Source of the DNA: Octopus sinensis
Lineage: Eukaryota
Direction of reading: 5' to 3'
Assembly (NCBI RefSeq): GCF_006345805.1
Contig: NC_043006.1
Location: 102,672,001-102,736,000 of the forward strand
DNA length: 64,000 nucleotides
Shown: positions 26,111 through 39,413 of the stretch, piece by piece
Position numbering within the stretch: position 1 is the stretch's first letter
Layout: every line of letters begins with the position of its first letter
Made by a program: the position numbers and the translations under genes
Notes under the pieces: model-generated
The model's database searches: none
The model's input: only the letters and a program-made list of their open reading frames with translations
Told to the model about the DNA's origin: nothing

Positions 26111-26654
26111 GCCCTGATGCAGTACCAGGCAGTGGCTCTCATGGCTTCTGATCCTAACTGATTGGAAGTGTTATCATGTACATTGTTTTGTCTTGGTATA
26201 AAAGATGGGCTACAGCAAATATTCTGCTCAATACCACAGATTTGCTTGTCAGTTGTTTGACCTTAACCAGTTGAGCATGTCTCTTAGTGGCTGACGATAT
26301 GTGCATCTCTGATCACGAGCAGAAGTAGTGGGGGAGCGTCATAGCCATGTGTTGAGAGGGATTCTTTGGGGTTTGAATAATTCACCTCTGGAAACATGGG
26401 TGGTTCTTTCAACATTCTTAAACAACCCTTATTCAGGGACCTTTTGAGCGGGATGGGCTACTCAACCTGAAGAAAATTCTAACTGGGCCCCACCTGCAAG
26501 GTCATGTGCTGTTTATCTTGATATGTCGCGCACATATGGTTGTGATGCATGTGCCTGGTGTGCCTTTATCAGACGGGTAGTCATGATGGGTATATTGGGC
26601 TTCGTATATTTTACCCCAGTGTCACTTTGATGGTATGCACTGCTCTTTCACTCA
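26109..26654. mobile_element. ~545-bp (AAT)n-embedded element, copy 3
   Basis: Colinear with copies 1 and 2; AAT repeats on both sides. Confidence 0.88.
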
Positions 26655-26709
26655 ATAATAATGATAATAATAATAACAACAACAAATGATGATGATGATA
26701 GTAAGGGTT

Positions 26710-27140
26710 TCAAATTTTGGCACAAGGCTAGTAATTTTAGAAAAAAGGGTTAAGTCAATTACATCGACCCCAATTCTTAACTGGTATTTATCCCAGAAAG
26801 AATGAAAGGCAAAATGGACCTCAGCGGAATATGAACTCAGAATGTGAAGATGGACGAAATGCTGTTAACCATCTTGCTCGCGCCGCCGCCGAGCCGCTGC
26901 TGCCGAGCCGCTGCAACCGAGCCGCTGCCGCCGCAGACGACTGCGACGGAGACAACATCAATAATTTCCACTAAAAGCAGACGGTCTGAAATTTGGAAGA
27001 AGGGGCTAGTCGTTTGGTACTTATTTCATCGACCCGAAAGTATAATAGGCAAAGTCGACTTCGGTGGAATTTTGAACTCAGAACGTAAAAGCGGAAGAAA
27101 TATTACATAACATTTTGTTCAGTGCGATAAGATCTTTGAC
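26710..27140 (-). mobile_element. Two adjacent degenerate family A SINEs
   Basis: Two reverse copies of the GAACTCAGAA core at about 26830 and 27075. Confidence 0.7.
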
Positions 27141-27642
27141 AGCTCATCACTTTCTAGCAACTTTTATTATCAAGAATCAATTAAGAAACTGCACAACGGA
27201 ACCAAGATGTGTTTTATTTACATTGTATCGATTTCATTTATATGAAGAAATCCATACGATGTATGTATGTATGTATGTATGTATGTTTGCATGTATGTAT
27301 GTATGTATGTATGTATGTATGTATGTATGTATGTATGTATGTATGTATGTATGTATGTATGTATGTATGTGTGTATGTACGTACATATGTATGTATGTAT
27401 TATGTATGTATGCATGCATGCATGTATGTATTTATGTGTATATGTATGTGCGTGCGTAAATATGTATATATATACATATAAATGTATACGTATATATATG
27501 TATATGTATGTGTATATATATATTTAATATATTCGTATGTGTGCGTATATATGCACTCTTGTATGAATATATGTATATATGAATGTATGTATGTACATAT
27601 GTATGTACTTATGTATGTATATATGCATGTATGTGCATATGC

Positions 27643-27663
27643 ACACACACACACACATATATA

Positions 27664-27709
<46 letters not shown>

Positions 27710-27773
27710 ATATATAATATTCATATGTGCGTATGTATACACTTATGTATGTATGTGCGTATTTATGTATGTA

Positions 27774-27830
<57 letters not shown>

Positions 27831-27876
27831 ATATTCGTATGCGTGCATATATATAATATTCATATGCGTGCATATA

Positions 27877-27916
<40 letters not shown>

Positions 27917-28878
27917 TCATGTATATATGTATTACATGTATGTACGTATGTATGTATGTATAAGTATGCATGCATATATTACTGTTTGGTTGTTTACAAA
28001 AGCTGGTATATTTAATATCGCGCTTATGCATACGGCAAAGATGGTTGTTTGTCCTTCAAGATACACAAATACAAAGGTGACTAAGCTATAACACCCAGCC
28101 GCCATCAGATCAGATATGGAACGTGTCAGACGCAGGAAATGAACCAGAACGCTACCCACAGTTGCGATGGGGGCTTTAATTAAAACTCCAATATCAGACA
28201 AACGATCGATATATCATTATTAGAAACAGTTTATACATGGTTCAACCTATTCTGAACTGAGTGCTAGAGCAAACAGGGAAAAAATGTATATAAAGGAAAA
28301 GAAAGAAGAAACTAAAAGAAAGAACGAACGAAAAGCCAAACAAACGATCTTTCAGCCACATCTTAATCAATTGGGATTGCGGATTGCAAGTCGGAAGCGA
28401 AGCTGTGAAGGACAGGACTTGCAATTTCTTAGCTTAATACTTGTCTGTAAATTCGTTGACATCATGTAAGATATTATCAATACACCTAATGCGCTCTCTT
28501 TTCGATTTTGTTTTGTTTTCGATTCTGCTTGTGCGTGAATAATGATTCACAGTGAAAGAGCGTGACATCGTAACTAGTTCTAAGAGAGGTAATTACTTGC
28601 AGCAAATTGTGTTCCTATCATTCTAAGAGTAAGCAAATACATATATAAGCACGAATAATTCGGTACTAATGAGTGGCAGGCATAGCTAAGAAGTGGTTGA
28701 ACCGAGTGGTTTCGCCTTCAATGTCACTCCTCAGCCCCTTGGACAAATGCTTCCTACTATAGGCTTGAACCGACCGATGCTTTGTGAAAGAATTTCCAAG
28801 GTGGAGAACTTGTGAAAGCCTGTCGTGGATACTTACACACTCATGCCTTCATACAAGTTCAAATACTCACACACAAAC

Positions 28879-28974
<96 letters not shown>

Positions 28975-29038
28975 ATATATAATATTCATATGTGCGTATG
29001 TATACACTTATGTATGTATGTGCGTATTTATGTATGTA

Positions 29039-29097
<59 letters not shown>

Positions 29098-29129
29098 CGT
29101 ATGCGTGCATATATATAATATTCATATGC

Positions 29130-29181
<52 letters not shown>

Positions 29182-30145
29182 TCATGTATATATGTATTAC
29201 ATGTATGTACGTATGTATGTATGTATAAGTATGCATGCATATATTACTGTTTGGTTGTTTACAAAAGCTGGTATATTTAATATCGCGCTTATGCATACGG
29301 CAAAGATGGTTGTTTGTCCTTCAAGATACACAAATACAAAGGTGACTAAGCTATAACACCCAGCCGCCATCAGATCAGATATGGAACGTGTCAGACGCAG
29401 GAAATGAACCAGAACGCTACCCACAGTTGCGATGGGGGCTTTAATTAAAACTCCAATATCAGACAAACGATCGATATATCATTATTAGAAACAGTTTATA
29501 ACATGGTTCAACCTATTCTGAACTGAGTGCTAGAGCAAACAGGGAAAAAATGTATATAAAGGAAAAGAAAGAAGAAACTAAAAGAAAGAAACGAACGAAA
29601 AGCCAAACAAACGATCTTTCAGCCACATCTTAATCAATTGGGATTGCGGATTGCAAGTCGGAAGCGAAGCTGTGAAGGACAGGACTTGCAATTTCTTAGC
29701 TTAATACTTGTCTGTAAATTCGTTGACATCATGTAAGATATTATCAATACACCTAATGCGCTCTCTTTTCGATTTTGTTTTGTTTTCGATTCTGCTTGTG
29801 CGTGAATAATGATTCACAGTGAAAGAGCGTGACATCGTAACTAGTTCTAAGAGAGGTAATTACTTGCAGCAAATTGTGTTCCTATCATTCTAAGAGTAAG
29901 CAAATACATATATAAGCACGAATAATTCGGTACTAATGAGTGGCAGGCATAGCTAAGAAGTGGTTGAACCGAGTGGTTTCGCCTTCAATGTCACTCCTCA
30001 GCCCCTTGGACAAATGCTTCCTACTATAGGCTTGAACCGACCGATGCTTTGTGAAAGAATTTCCAAGGTGGAGAACTTGTGAAAGCCTGTCGTGGATACT
30101 TACACACTCATGCCTTCATACAAGTTCAAATACTCACACACAAAC

Positions 30146-30170
<25 letters not shown>
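27643..30170. repeat. Near-identical tandem duplication, ~1.27-kb unit
   Basis: Anchors 28076/29341 and 28801/30068 give a period of 1265-1267 bp; boundaries lie in (CA)n. Confidence 0.95.
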
Positions 30171-30219
<49 letters not shown>

Positions 30220-30239
30220 CACACACACGCACGCACGCA

Positions 30240-30580
30240 CACACACTCACTCACTCACTCACCCATTCACACACTCAATCACTCACTCAATCACCCATTC
30301 ACTCACTTACTCAATCACTCAATCACTCACTCATTCACACACACATACACACACACACGCACGCACACTCTCTCTCTCACTCACTTACTCAATCACTCAC
30401 TCACTCACTCACTCACTCACTCACTCACTCACCCATTCACTCACTCACCCATTCACTCACTTACTCACTCACTCACTCACTCACTCACCCATTCACTCAC
30501 TCACCCATTCACTCACTCACTCACTCACTCACTCACTTACTCAATCACTCACTCAATCACTCACTCACTCACACACACAT
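30240..30580. repeat. (CACT)n microsatellite with CCATT variants
   Basis: Direct simple repeat. Confidence 0.9.
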
Positions 30581-30806
30581 ACACACATACACATACGCAC
30601 ATTCTCGTCCCGAATGGAGACGGATACTAACACTTCCTTGTAGTACGCTTTAAAAATTGTGAAGATCGCTTCTCATGAAACCAATGGTTGCCTTGTCCAT
30701 CCACAAATGAATATTCACTCACCAATGTGGCATTGAGTACTCATTTTTATTGTTCGATACTAACGTGTATACATACACACACACACACATACACACACAC
30801 ACACAT

Positions 30807-30837
<31 letters not shown>

Positions 30838-30845
30838 CACACACT

Positions 30846-32070
30846 CACGAGGGGTGTTCATTAAAGATTTCTCCTGAACCTCCATCCGGGTTATTGCAGG
30901 AAACGGAACTTGTACAGGTATAATCATACGTCTCTACATGTCACCACATGTCACATTGTAAATTGCTGCTTTCGACTAGTATTCGTTTGTTTATTACGGC
31001 TGCTGAAGTGGACTAAAGTGTTATAATGGAGGCAGCTGAATGCAGATCAGTGATCAGGTTCTTATACTTGAAAGGTCGTGCACAAAAAGAAACTTTTGAT
31101 GAAAATGAAAGACGTTTGTGGTGATGATGCACCGTCATAAGACGTAGTCAAGCACTGGCATCGTCCGTTCAAATGTAGTAGGACATCGGTGAAAACCGCT
31201 CCTATTGCTGGACGACCACATTCCGCCATTGATGACGACGCCATCCATAAAATGAAAGCCGTCATTTTGGAGAATAGCTATATTACTATTCGGCAACTAG
31301 TGCAGGAAGTGAAGATAAGTTAGGGGTCCGTGGAAAAAAATCATTCACGACCATTTTCACATGTGGAAGTTGTCTGCACGATGGATCCTCGGATGCGCAC
31401 ACCTTTTCAGAAGCAAGAACGAGTCAATTGCTTCCAGGCTCTTTTGGCAATGTGCCAAGAAAACGAAGAGGACTTTTTCGGTAGACTTATCACACAGAAT
31501 GAAACATGGGTCCATCACTATGATCCTGAGACAAAAGTCCAGTCGAAGCAATGGAAGCATGATAACTCATTATCTCCAAAGAAGGCTCGTGTCCAACCCT
31601 CAGCAGACAAGGTGATGCTCAGTCTTTTGGGATCAGCGCGAAGTAGCGATGATGGATATTCTGGCAAATGGCACCACGATTAATGAGGAATATTATGCTT
31701 TTCCGTTGCAGAAATTGTGGGACGCCATCAAAGCAGAGAGGCATGGCATGCTGACCAAAGGAGTCCGCATCCTCCAAGACAACACCTTAGTTCACAATGC
31801 GCATGTTGCCGAGATGAAAGCACACCCCTGAAGCTATGAAATCCTTCTTCATCCTCCTTACTCTCCCAACCTCGCACCATCTGACTTGTACGTCTTTGCA
31901 ACCATGAAGCCATTTTGGAAGGGGAAAGCACTCTTCGGATGATGAAGAATTTATTTCTGAAGTAAAGTCTTGGCTCCAGACGCAACCTACCGACTTCTAC
32001 AGACGATGTCTTCACAGATGCATAGAGCGATGGGAGCAGTGTCTTACCATTGGTGATGGTCGTCCTGAAT
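30846..32070 (+). mobile_element. mariner (DD34D) transposon, decayed; left TIR-like end only
   Basis: ATG at 31026: MEAAECRSVIRFLYLKG; ITQNETWVHHYDPETK; LQDN; HPPYSPNLAPSD. Left end ACGAGGGGTGTTC; matching right TIR not found. Confidence 0.92.
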
Positions 32071-32511
32071 GAGGATGGTCTTCAAGCAACAAATGACCAT
32101 TCCTAAAGCCTGAAAACTACTCTTAAACTTGTGTTTTGCTTTTGGCAGTGTTCCTCTAAGCTGTTTGAAGTATGACAACTGGTTCGGCTGCAGTTTTCCC
32201 CAGCAGAAAACAGAATTTCACGGAAGCACCCTGTTCCTTCGTTTCAACCATCGCAAAAACCGACGAACAGGGGAGAAGCCCTGCAAAACAAAGACGTTCA
32301 ACGTGGCAGTACGACCGCAGGGGAGGACGCCGGTCGGCAGACTGATGCCTGAGGGTTGCATCAAGTGGCTTCTAGCGGCGGAAGTCTGAACTGCAACGGG
32401 TTTGTCCCACATAGTACGTTACCGGTTACTTTTGAGTATCTCTAGTATTTATGTATGTACATGTATGTATGTATGTATGTATGTATGTATGTATGTATGT
32501 ATGTATGTATG

Positions 32512-32543
<32 letters not shown>

Positions 32544-33748
32544 CATGTATGTATGTATGTATGTATGTATGTATGTATGTATGTATGTATGTATGTATGT
32601 ATGCCTCATAGCCAGGAAGCCCGGATGCGATTTCAAGCATGGGAATGGCGTTAATTTAGGTCTAGGCATGTCTGTGTCGGATTCACTCGTATGGCGCGGT
32701 ATCTTGGATAAATATATTTTACTAAAGCCCGGGGCTGACCAATACCTTGAGAGCAAATTTGGTAGATGGAAACTGTGCAGAGGTCTGTCCTATATACATA
32801 TACATATATATATATGTATATATATATATGTGCGTCATTGTGTTTGTTCTCCATACCGCTTGACATAATCGGTGTTGATTTGGTTATGTCCCCGTAACCG
32901 AACGCTTTGGCAAAAGTGTCTGAGTGCATAAATGCCAGACTTTAAAAAACAGGTACGAATTGCTCGAAACACCGCTGGATTTGAACGCGCGAACCAAATA
33001 AATGAATTTGCCAACACTAAAAAACACAAAGTATTTTGTCCGGCAACTTTACCGGATCGTCCATCTGCTGATCTAATTCCGCCATTTCCTCCGCTCACTC
33101 CTGCTCCTGCTCCTCCTGCTGCTACTCCACTTCCTCCTCCCCATAACCTCCCTCCTTCCCTCTTCTTCTCCTCCGCCGACGCCACCGCTTCTCCAACTCG
33201 TTTGCGCCTTCCTCCACCTCCTCCTCATCATTTTGTATTTTCGTTGGCAGGTAGGGCAGGTAGGACGAAGATATTTGGTAGCTTGTATTGTTCACTGTTG
33301 ACATTTGTTAGTCAATATCTTACGTAATGCTGGCATTTATCACGCAATTCAGCTGACTTAGCAATTATTAAGCGGCAACCTCCAATTTCTATCATCATAT
33401 TTCAACACACACTCACACACACACACACGCATACATATACGCACACACACGCATATACACACACACACACACTACTACTTATACACCCTCACGTATATAT
33501 ACAAAATCGTAAGTTCCCGTAAACACGCACATCAGAAATAATAAAAGCTATGTTACATAAGATCATATATACACGCAGGCAGATAGTCACACAAGAACAG
33601 ACAGTATTAAAGAGTTCCTGCACCATTAAGTGTCCAAACATATACATTAAAAAAAGATGGGCACACACACACACACACTTCTGTTCGTGTGTGTATGTGT
33701 ATGATAGTTTAAATATTGAAACATATGTGTATGTGTGCATGTATGTAT

Positions 33749-33781
<33 letters not shown>

Positions 33782-34167
33782 TTATTTATACAGCTAAAAT
33801 ATTAATATATATGCATGTATTATATATAGTTGAACTACGCACAAACACATACACACACATACTCACACACATACATACACACACACACATACACACTCAC
33901 GCACATGTTTATACATTATCACATATTTATACATTATTTAGCGGAAACTTTAGAACAGTGACTTTAGATTTATCCTTCTGAAAAGTGTTATAAATAAGAA
34001 TCCAATCCTGATAAAAAAAAAAAAGGAAATAAAAGAAAAACTGATAAGTCCTGTAACATCATTGGTTGCTTGGAATAGCAGAACTGTCGGCACATGGCTG
34101 TCGTTAGGAGTTTCAGATATTTAAAGATCAACGTAAATATGATTTTAAAATATCATCCAAATCATTA

Positions 34168-34425
<258 letters not shown>

Positions 34426-34934
34426 TGTTAGTTTTTAAAATAGAGAAAATATTTGCGGATTCTACGTTGGCGTTTTAAAAAGTTTGGCGAGTTTCTATTT
34501 TCATTGTTTCCGTCTGAAAAGTCGGCTTTTTTAGTTCTGAAGCGCCACTGACGATACTTCCAGTTTAGAACAAACAGAACAGAAACGAGTGTTTCTTACA
34601 TAAGTAAAGCGAACGAATATTCTTCCGTTGGTTGAAGACTTCTACAACCTTAACTATTTTCATTTTTGTATATTAAAAATACTATATTTTCGGCATTGCA
34701 GGCTATTTCTGATTTTCTGGCTGAAATGTTAAAGCCATATGAGCATTGATCATATCATAGTTTGAAAGGGTTCGCCATTAAACGTATGGGAATTTTTTTG
34801 GACACCTTCGCACATTATATGATGAAGATATCTAAGTATTTACAATTTAATAGCATATTGTACTGAAGCAGCGGAAACAAGAATGAAAAGAAGAAATTTG
34901 GAGCTACAGTTTTAGTTTCATCTACCTATGATAT

Positions 34935-34975
<41 letters not shown>

Positions 34976-34989
34976 ATATATATATATAT

Positions 34990-35210
34990 ATTATGTGCGA
35001 AACACCTAAGATACACGCGGCTCCGACAGAAAGTAATGGGGAACTTCTGCTGACTCATTCGCCACAACTTTCTCTCACTCTTTCCTCCTGCATCTTGCAG
35101 CTCACCTGCGACTGACCGGCGTCCCGTCCAGGTGGGGAACCTATACGCCAAGGAAACCGGGAAACCGGTCCTTATGAGCCAGGCGTGGCTAGAGAAGGAA
35201 CAAACAATAA
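34990..35210 (+). mobile_element. SINE family C, 5'-truncated
   Basis: Matches 17625-17846. Confidence 0.88.
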
Positions 35211-35603
35211 CACACACACACACACACACACATGTCTTTTCTATATCTAATAGTTTAAATTCTTCCTTTGAAGAAGAAACTGGTTTCTAACAAAGATACG
35301 AAGCCCCATTATTGGAATGTAAATAATGAAAACAATGCCACATTTTAAATCCGAGAAAAGTATTGTATAGTTTTATTGTTCCGATTACAGATTGTATTTG
35401 TAATGTGCTAATCGACTGGTTGATTTCTTTTTCTGAAAATACAAGCTTATCCAGACTGACATGCAAAACCAAGAGCTCCAATTATTGGTATAAATGTAAA
35501 TCTGTAATCCGGATATAAAAGCCGGAGGTTGTCCGTAGTTATCGTCTTTTTCTTTGATTATCAAAGTAATATTTACATCACCAGAACAGCTGACCTCTAT
35601 GAC

Positions 35604-35674
35604 GGGCATATGGCGTAGTGGTTAAGAGCGCGGGCTACTAAACCCAAGATTCCAAGTTCGATTCCAGGCAGTGA

Positions 35675-35709
<35 letters not shown>

Positions 35710-35930
35710 TTTAATAATAATAATAATAATAGTAACAATAATAATAATAACAACAACAACAACATCGAAAAATATCTTAGGAATGAGAAGCCAGGTTCGA
35801 AATTTCCCCAAGACACCTGAAGAAGGCTGGAGGATATATCAGCTGAAACAAACAAGATGGGGACAAATATCCGTCAAATGTAAATAATGTAAATAATGTA
35901 CATAATTCTTCATCACTTAAATATAGAACT
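35604..35930 (+). mobile_element. tRNA-headed SINE with internal (AAT)n and a hammerhead-bearing 3' part
   Basis: TGGCGTAGTGG A-box; GTTCGATTCC B-box at 35656-35665; CTGAAGA-A-GGCTG/CAGCT-GAAAC at 35817-35849; tail repeat TGTAAATAA. Confidence 0.72.
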
Positions 35931-36720
35931 ATACTTTCTCTTGTTCATCTCAAACAACATCCGGCCTGTTATGTTTACACTCGACATGTTTTGATGGGAA
36001 TGTTACGCCAGTATTTCTTGTGCTGGTATTTGCGAATGTTTTCAATAACAAGAGCATTCTGTATATTTATTCCAGGATTGTATTTTTTCCGAATGTCATT
36101 GTATATTCTGTTGTGTCTGGGGAGAGTCATTCTCTTTTAGTGCCTTATTATTTAACACACTCACCGGTAAAATTTCCACTTATTTCTTATTTATTATTTT
36201 CTAAAAATAAGAAATAAGTGGAAAGTTTATCGGTGAGTGTGTTAAATAATAAGGCACCAAAAAAGAATGACTCTCCCCAGACACAACAGAATATGCTTCA
36301 ACACACGTACTCATATAAAGAATCTTGCAAACCAAATCCCAAAACGAAATATCATTGTATATTGTTTTAGCGAATTCATGTCGCATAGGGAGGTCGTACC
36401 TCGATGACATTTCTGGGCAGCTGCTAATCCCATGTGTGATGTATTCCACAGAAATAGGACATAATCTATATTTACGGTTGCATTTTGAAACTCCAAAGGC
36501 TTCACTGTCTCTTCTTTTGATTAGGTATTTACTAGCAATCTCCTGTTCTTGGATTTCAAATGCATGGCCTTCGAAGTGTGATGTGGTGTAGCGGTCACGA
36601 GTCCAAGGGAGGCTTCGTTTCATGCCAGTGTCACTATCTTCTTGAAGTCTGCGCGAAACATACCCATGCATGGTTATTTCACTTCTTTGAATTATGCTAA
36701 TCCAGCTGATTTGGGGTTGT
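35931..36720 (-). mobile_element. R4/Dong-like LINE C-terminal remnant (CCHC to RLE), interrupted by a palindrome
   Basis: MHG...EGHAFEIQEQEIASKYL...RLC...YITHGISSC..MSSRYDLPMRH; after the insertion VIEN...YWRNIPIKT and an NRPDVV-like motif. Confidence 0.8.
36103..36294. repeat. Fold-back palindrome (~90-bp arms, 12-bp spacer)
   Basis: 36103-36192 pairs with 36205-36294 with few mismatches. Confidence 0.9.
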
Positions 36721-37213
36721 ATGGGAAGTAATCAGGAAGAGAGGATATTGTTTTCTTCACTTTTCAGCACTAATTTAATGTATGTATTTTTGCTGCTGTT
36801 GTTTAGAAAGTGGTGCCTGAGAGAGAGAGAGAGAGACTATGCGATATTCGAAGGCTCTTTGCACTTATCTCAAGTCCCTACCTCCATTATCTCTTCTTAG
36901 GCAGAGCCTGTCGACATTACTGTTTTTGTGGAGATTTTCAGTTGATGTCAGTATCTTGCAGGTTTTATAATCTGTGGAGTGGATTTCTTCTATAGACCAG
37001 ACAAGTATTCCAAATGTTGGAATCAGCATTAGTACTGCAGATTTATGTATATGTGTATGCATGTATGGTGTGTATGTATGTATGTATGTACGCATGCATG
37101 CACGTACGTACGTATGTATGTATATGTATGTATGTATGTATATGTATGTATGTATGTATGTATATATATATATATATATATATGATATATGATGTATGTA
37201 TGTATGTTATATC

Positions 37214-37244
<31 letters not shown>

Positions 37245-37301
37245 TGTATGTATGTATATATATTATATATTATATATGTATATATGTATGATGTATGTAT
37301 G

Positions 37302-37339
<38 letters not shown>

Positions 37340-37350
37340 TGTATGTATGA

Positions 37351-37384
<34 letters not shown>

Positions 37385-37538
37385 TGTAGTATGTATATAT
37401 ATATATATATATATATATGTTATATGTATGTATGTATGTATGTATATATATATATATATATATGTATATATGTAGTATGGTATGTATGTATATATATATA
37501 TATATATATGTGTATATATGTATGTATGTATGTATGTA

Positions 37539-37571
<33 letters not shown>

Positions 37572-37720
37572 TGTTGTATGTATATAATAGATATATATCT
37601 ATATATATATATATATATATATAATTACTCCAATAAGAAAGCACAAAAAAACACAACAACGCGAGGACGTGGAACAAATATAGTATTATTGGACGCTCAG
37701 GAAAGAAGGAAAGAAGGAGG

Positions 37721-37755
37721 GTTTAACGTTTCGAGCGGAACTCTTCGTCGGAAAC
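37721..37755 (-). ncRNA. Minimal type I hammerhead motif, core variant CCGACGA, in a pLTR-like repeat
   Basis: GTTT-CCGACGA-A-GAG TTCCG CTC-GAAAC-GTT-AAAC. Confidence 0.6.
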
Positions 37756-37774
37756 ATAGGAGAAGGAAAGATCC

Positions 37775-37806
<32 letters not shown>

Positions 37807-38816
37807 GGTTAGCCAGCCCACTGCGCGTTGCCTTAGGCAAGTTTATTCTTGTATAAATACCAGTTCGACTAAAGCACTGTGAGTGTTGACGAAAATAGTA
37901 TAAAACCCAGCAGGGTGGCCTATTTCCCTTTTTGAGTTGTAGACTTAAGATGTTACCCAGGTTATGCCACCACCCGTTCCTTGTTTGAGTTTAACGAAAT
38001 CCATTGTGTTGTAAGCTTATGAGCCAGTTTACTGGTCTCAGGTTAAATTCCCTTATCCATGCACCTGTCTCGGAGGCATTGAAAAAGTTATGAACACGTC
38101 TTTCCTTCCCCCGAAAAAAAAATGCGAGTTTCAATCCCCGTCCCACCAAATCAGTTTTTTCCAACAATCCCGAGGTTATTAAACTGTGCAGTGTGGGGAT
38201 CATAACGGTTGACATTAAATGTATGTTAATTCTCAGACCATTGTTCTTTGATGATGTGCTGCCATAAATAATATAAACGTTATGAGTTCAACTTCGTTTT
38301 TGGTCGCAGTTATAACTTAGTAGCAAACGAGAACATTTCTGCATGAGTGCTCAACCTGTTTAAATAGCAGCCAAAACAAATCTTCCTCAGTTCACAATCT
38401 ACCGGCTTGATAATATAAACCTAGATTCGATTACATAGTTCTAGATACATTATGTTCCAAAAAAAAAAAAAAAAATGCTAGAAAATTAACACGTGATAGT
38501 TACAAGTCTAATTTATTTATAATTTTTCTTGATCTGAGATGACTGCTTAGACAACAACTTCACGTAAGACTGGAACCCGTCCCTTTTGGGAAAATTTCAT
38601 ATTCATAACATGCGACACATCGCAGTATAGGTTTGTTCATTCACTTTTACTGGCCTTCATTTGTAAAAGAAACAAACAACCAACAAACAAAAAGGAATAT
38701 AAAACAAATGCAATAACAACACCGAGGAATAAAATGATGCCAACATCTTCAAACTGATAGGACCAATTCCTCTGCACCGTTTCTAAAAGCGGCAAAGCAT
38801 CCACACCCGGGTATAT

Positions 38817-39046
38817 ATTTCTTTACTACCCACAAGGGGCTAAACACAGAGGGGACAAACAAGGACAGACAAACGGATTAAGTCGATTACATCGACCCTC
38901 GTGCGTAACTGGTACTTAATTTATCGACCCCGAAAGGATGAAAGGCAAAGTCGACCTCGGCGGAATTTGAACTCAGAACGTAACGGCAGACGAAATACCG
39001 CTAAGCATTTCGCCCGGCGTGCTAACGATTCTGCCATCTCGCCGCC
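38817..39046 (-). mobile_element. SINE family A, full length, tail type 1
   Basis: Complete head and tail; decayed TSD around CCACACC.GG.ATATATTT. Confidence 0.92.
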
Positions 39047-39413
39047 TTCCACACCAGGATATATTTCTGCTAAAAAGAATGTTTTCACTTGAATTGACAA
39101 TCACATTCAAATTACCACTTAATCTTTAGTAAGTTGGTGATGCTATTAATCTATATGCCTTGAACTAATACAGCTCGAAATGGATATATAGTATAATTAA
39201 CTATCAATTAACAAACGTACACAAACGTAAATGAAAATAAGATAGCAAGAAACTAAATAGAAGAGCAATCCAGCAAAGTTTTCTAATAAAGAAAATTGAA
39301 TTTATATCGATGTATTTCTTTAACGATTTGTAAATACTCTAATAAATTGAGATAAAATTTCAATTACAGCAGAAGACCACTTCTTTTTACCCCTTCCTCT
39401 ATTATCAGTAGTG

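Noticed and set aside
32260-32290. RTGEKPCK, resembling a C2H2 zinc-finger linker
   Set aside because: No Cys-x2-Cys...His-x3-His finger on either side.
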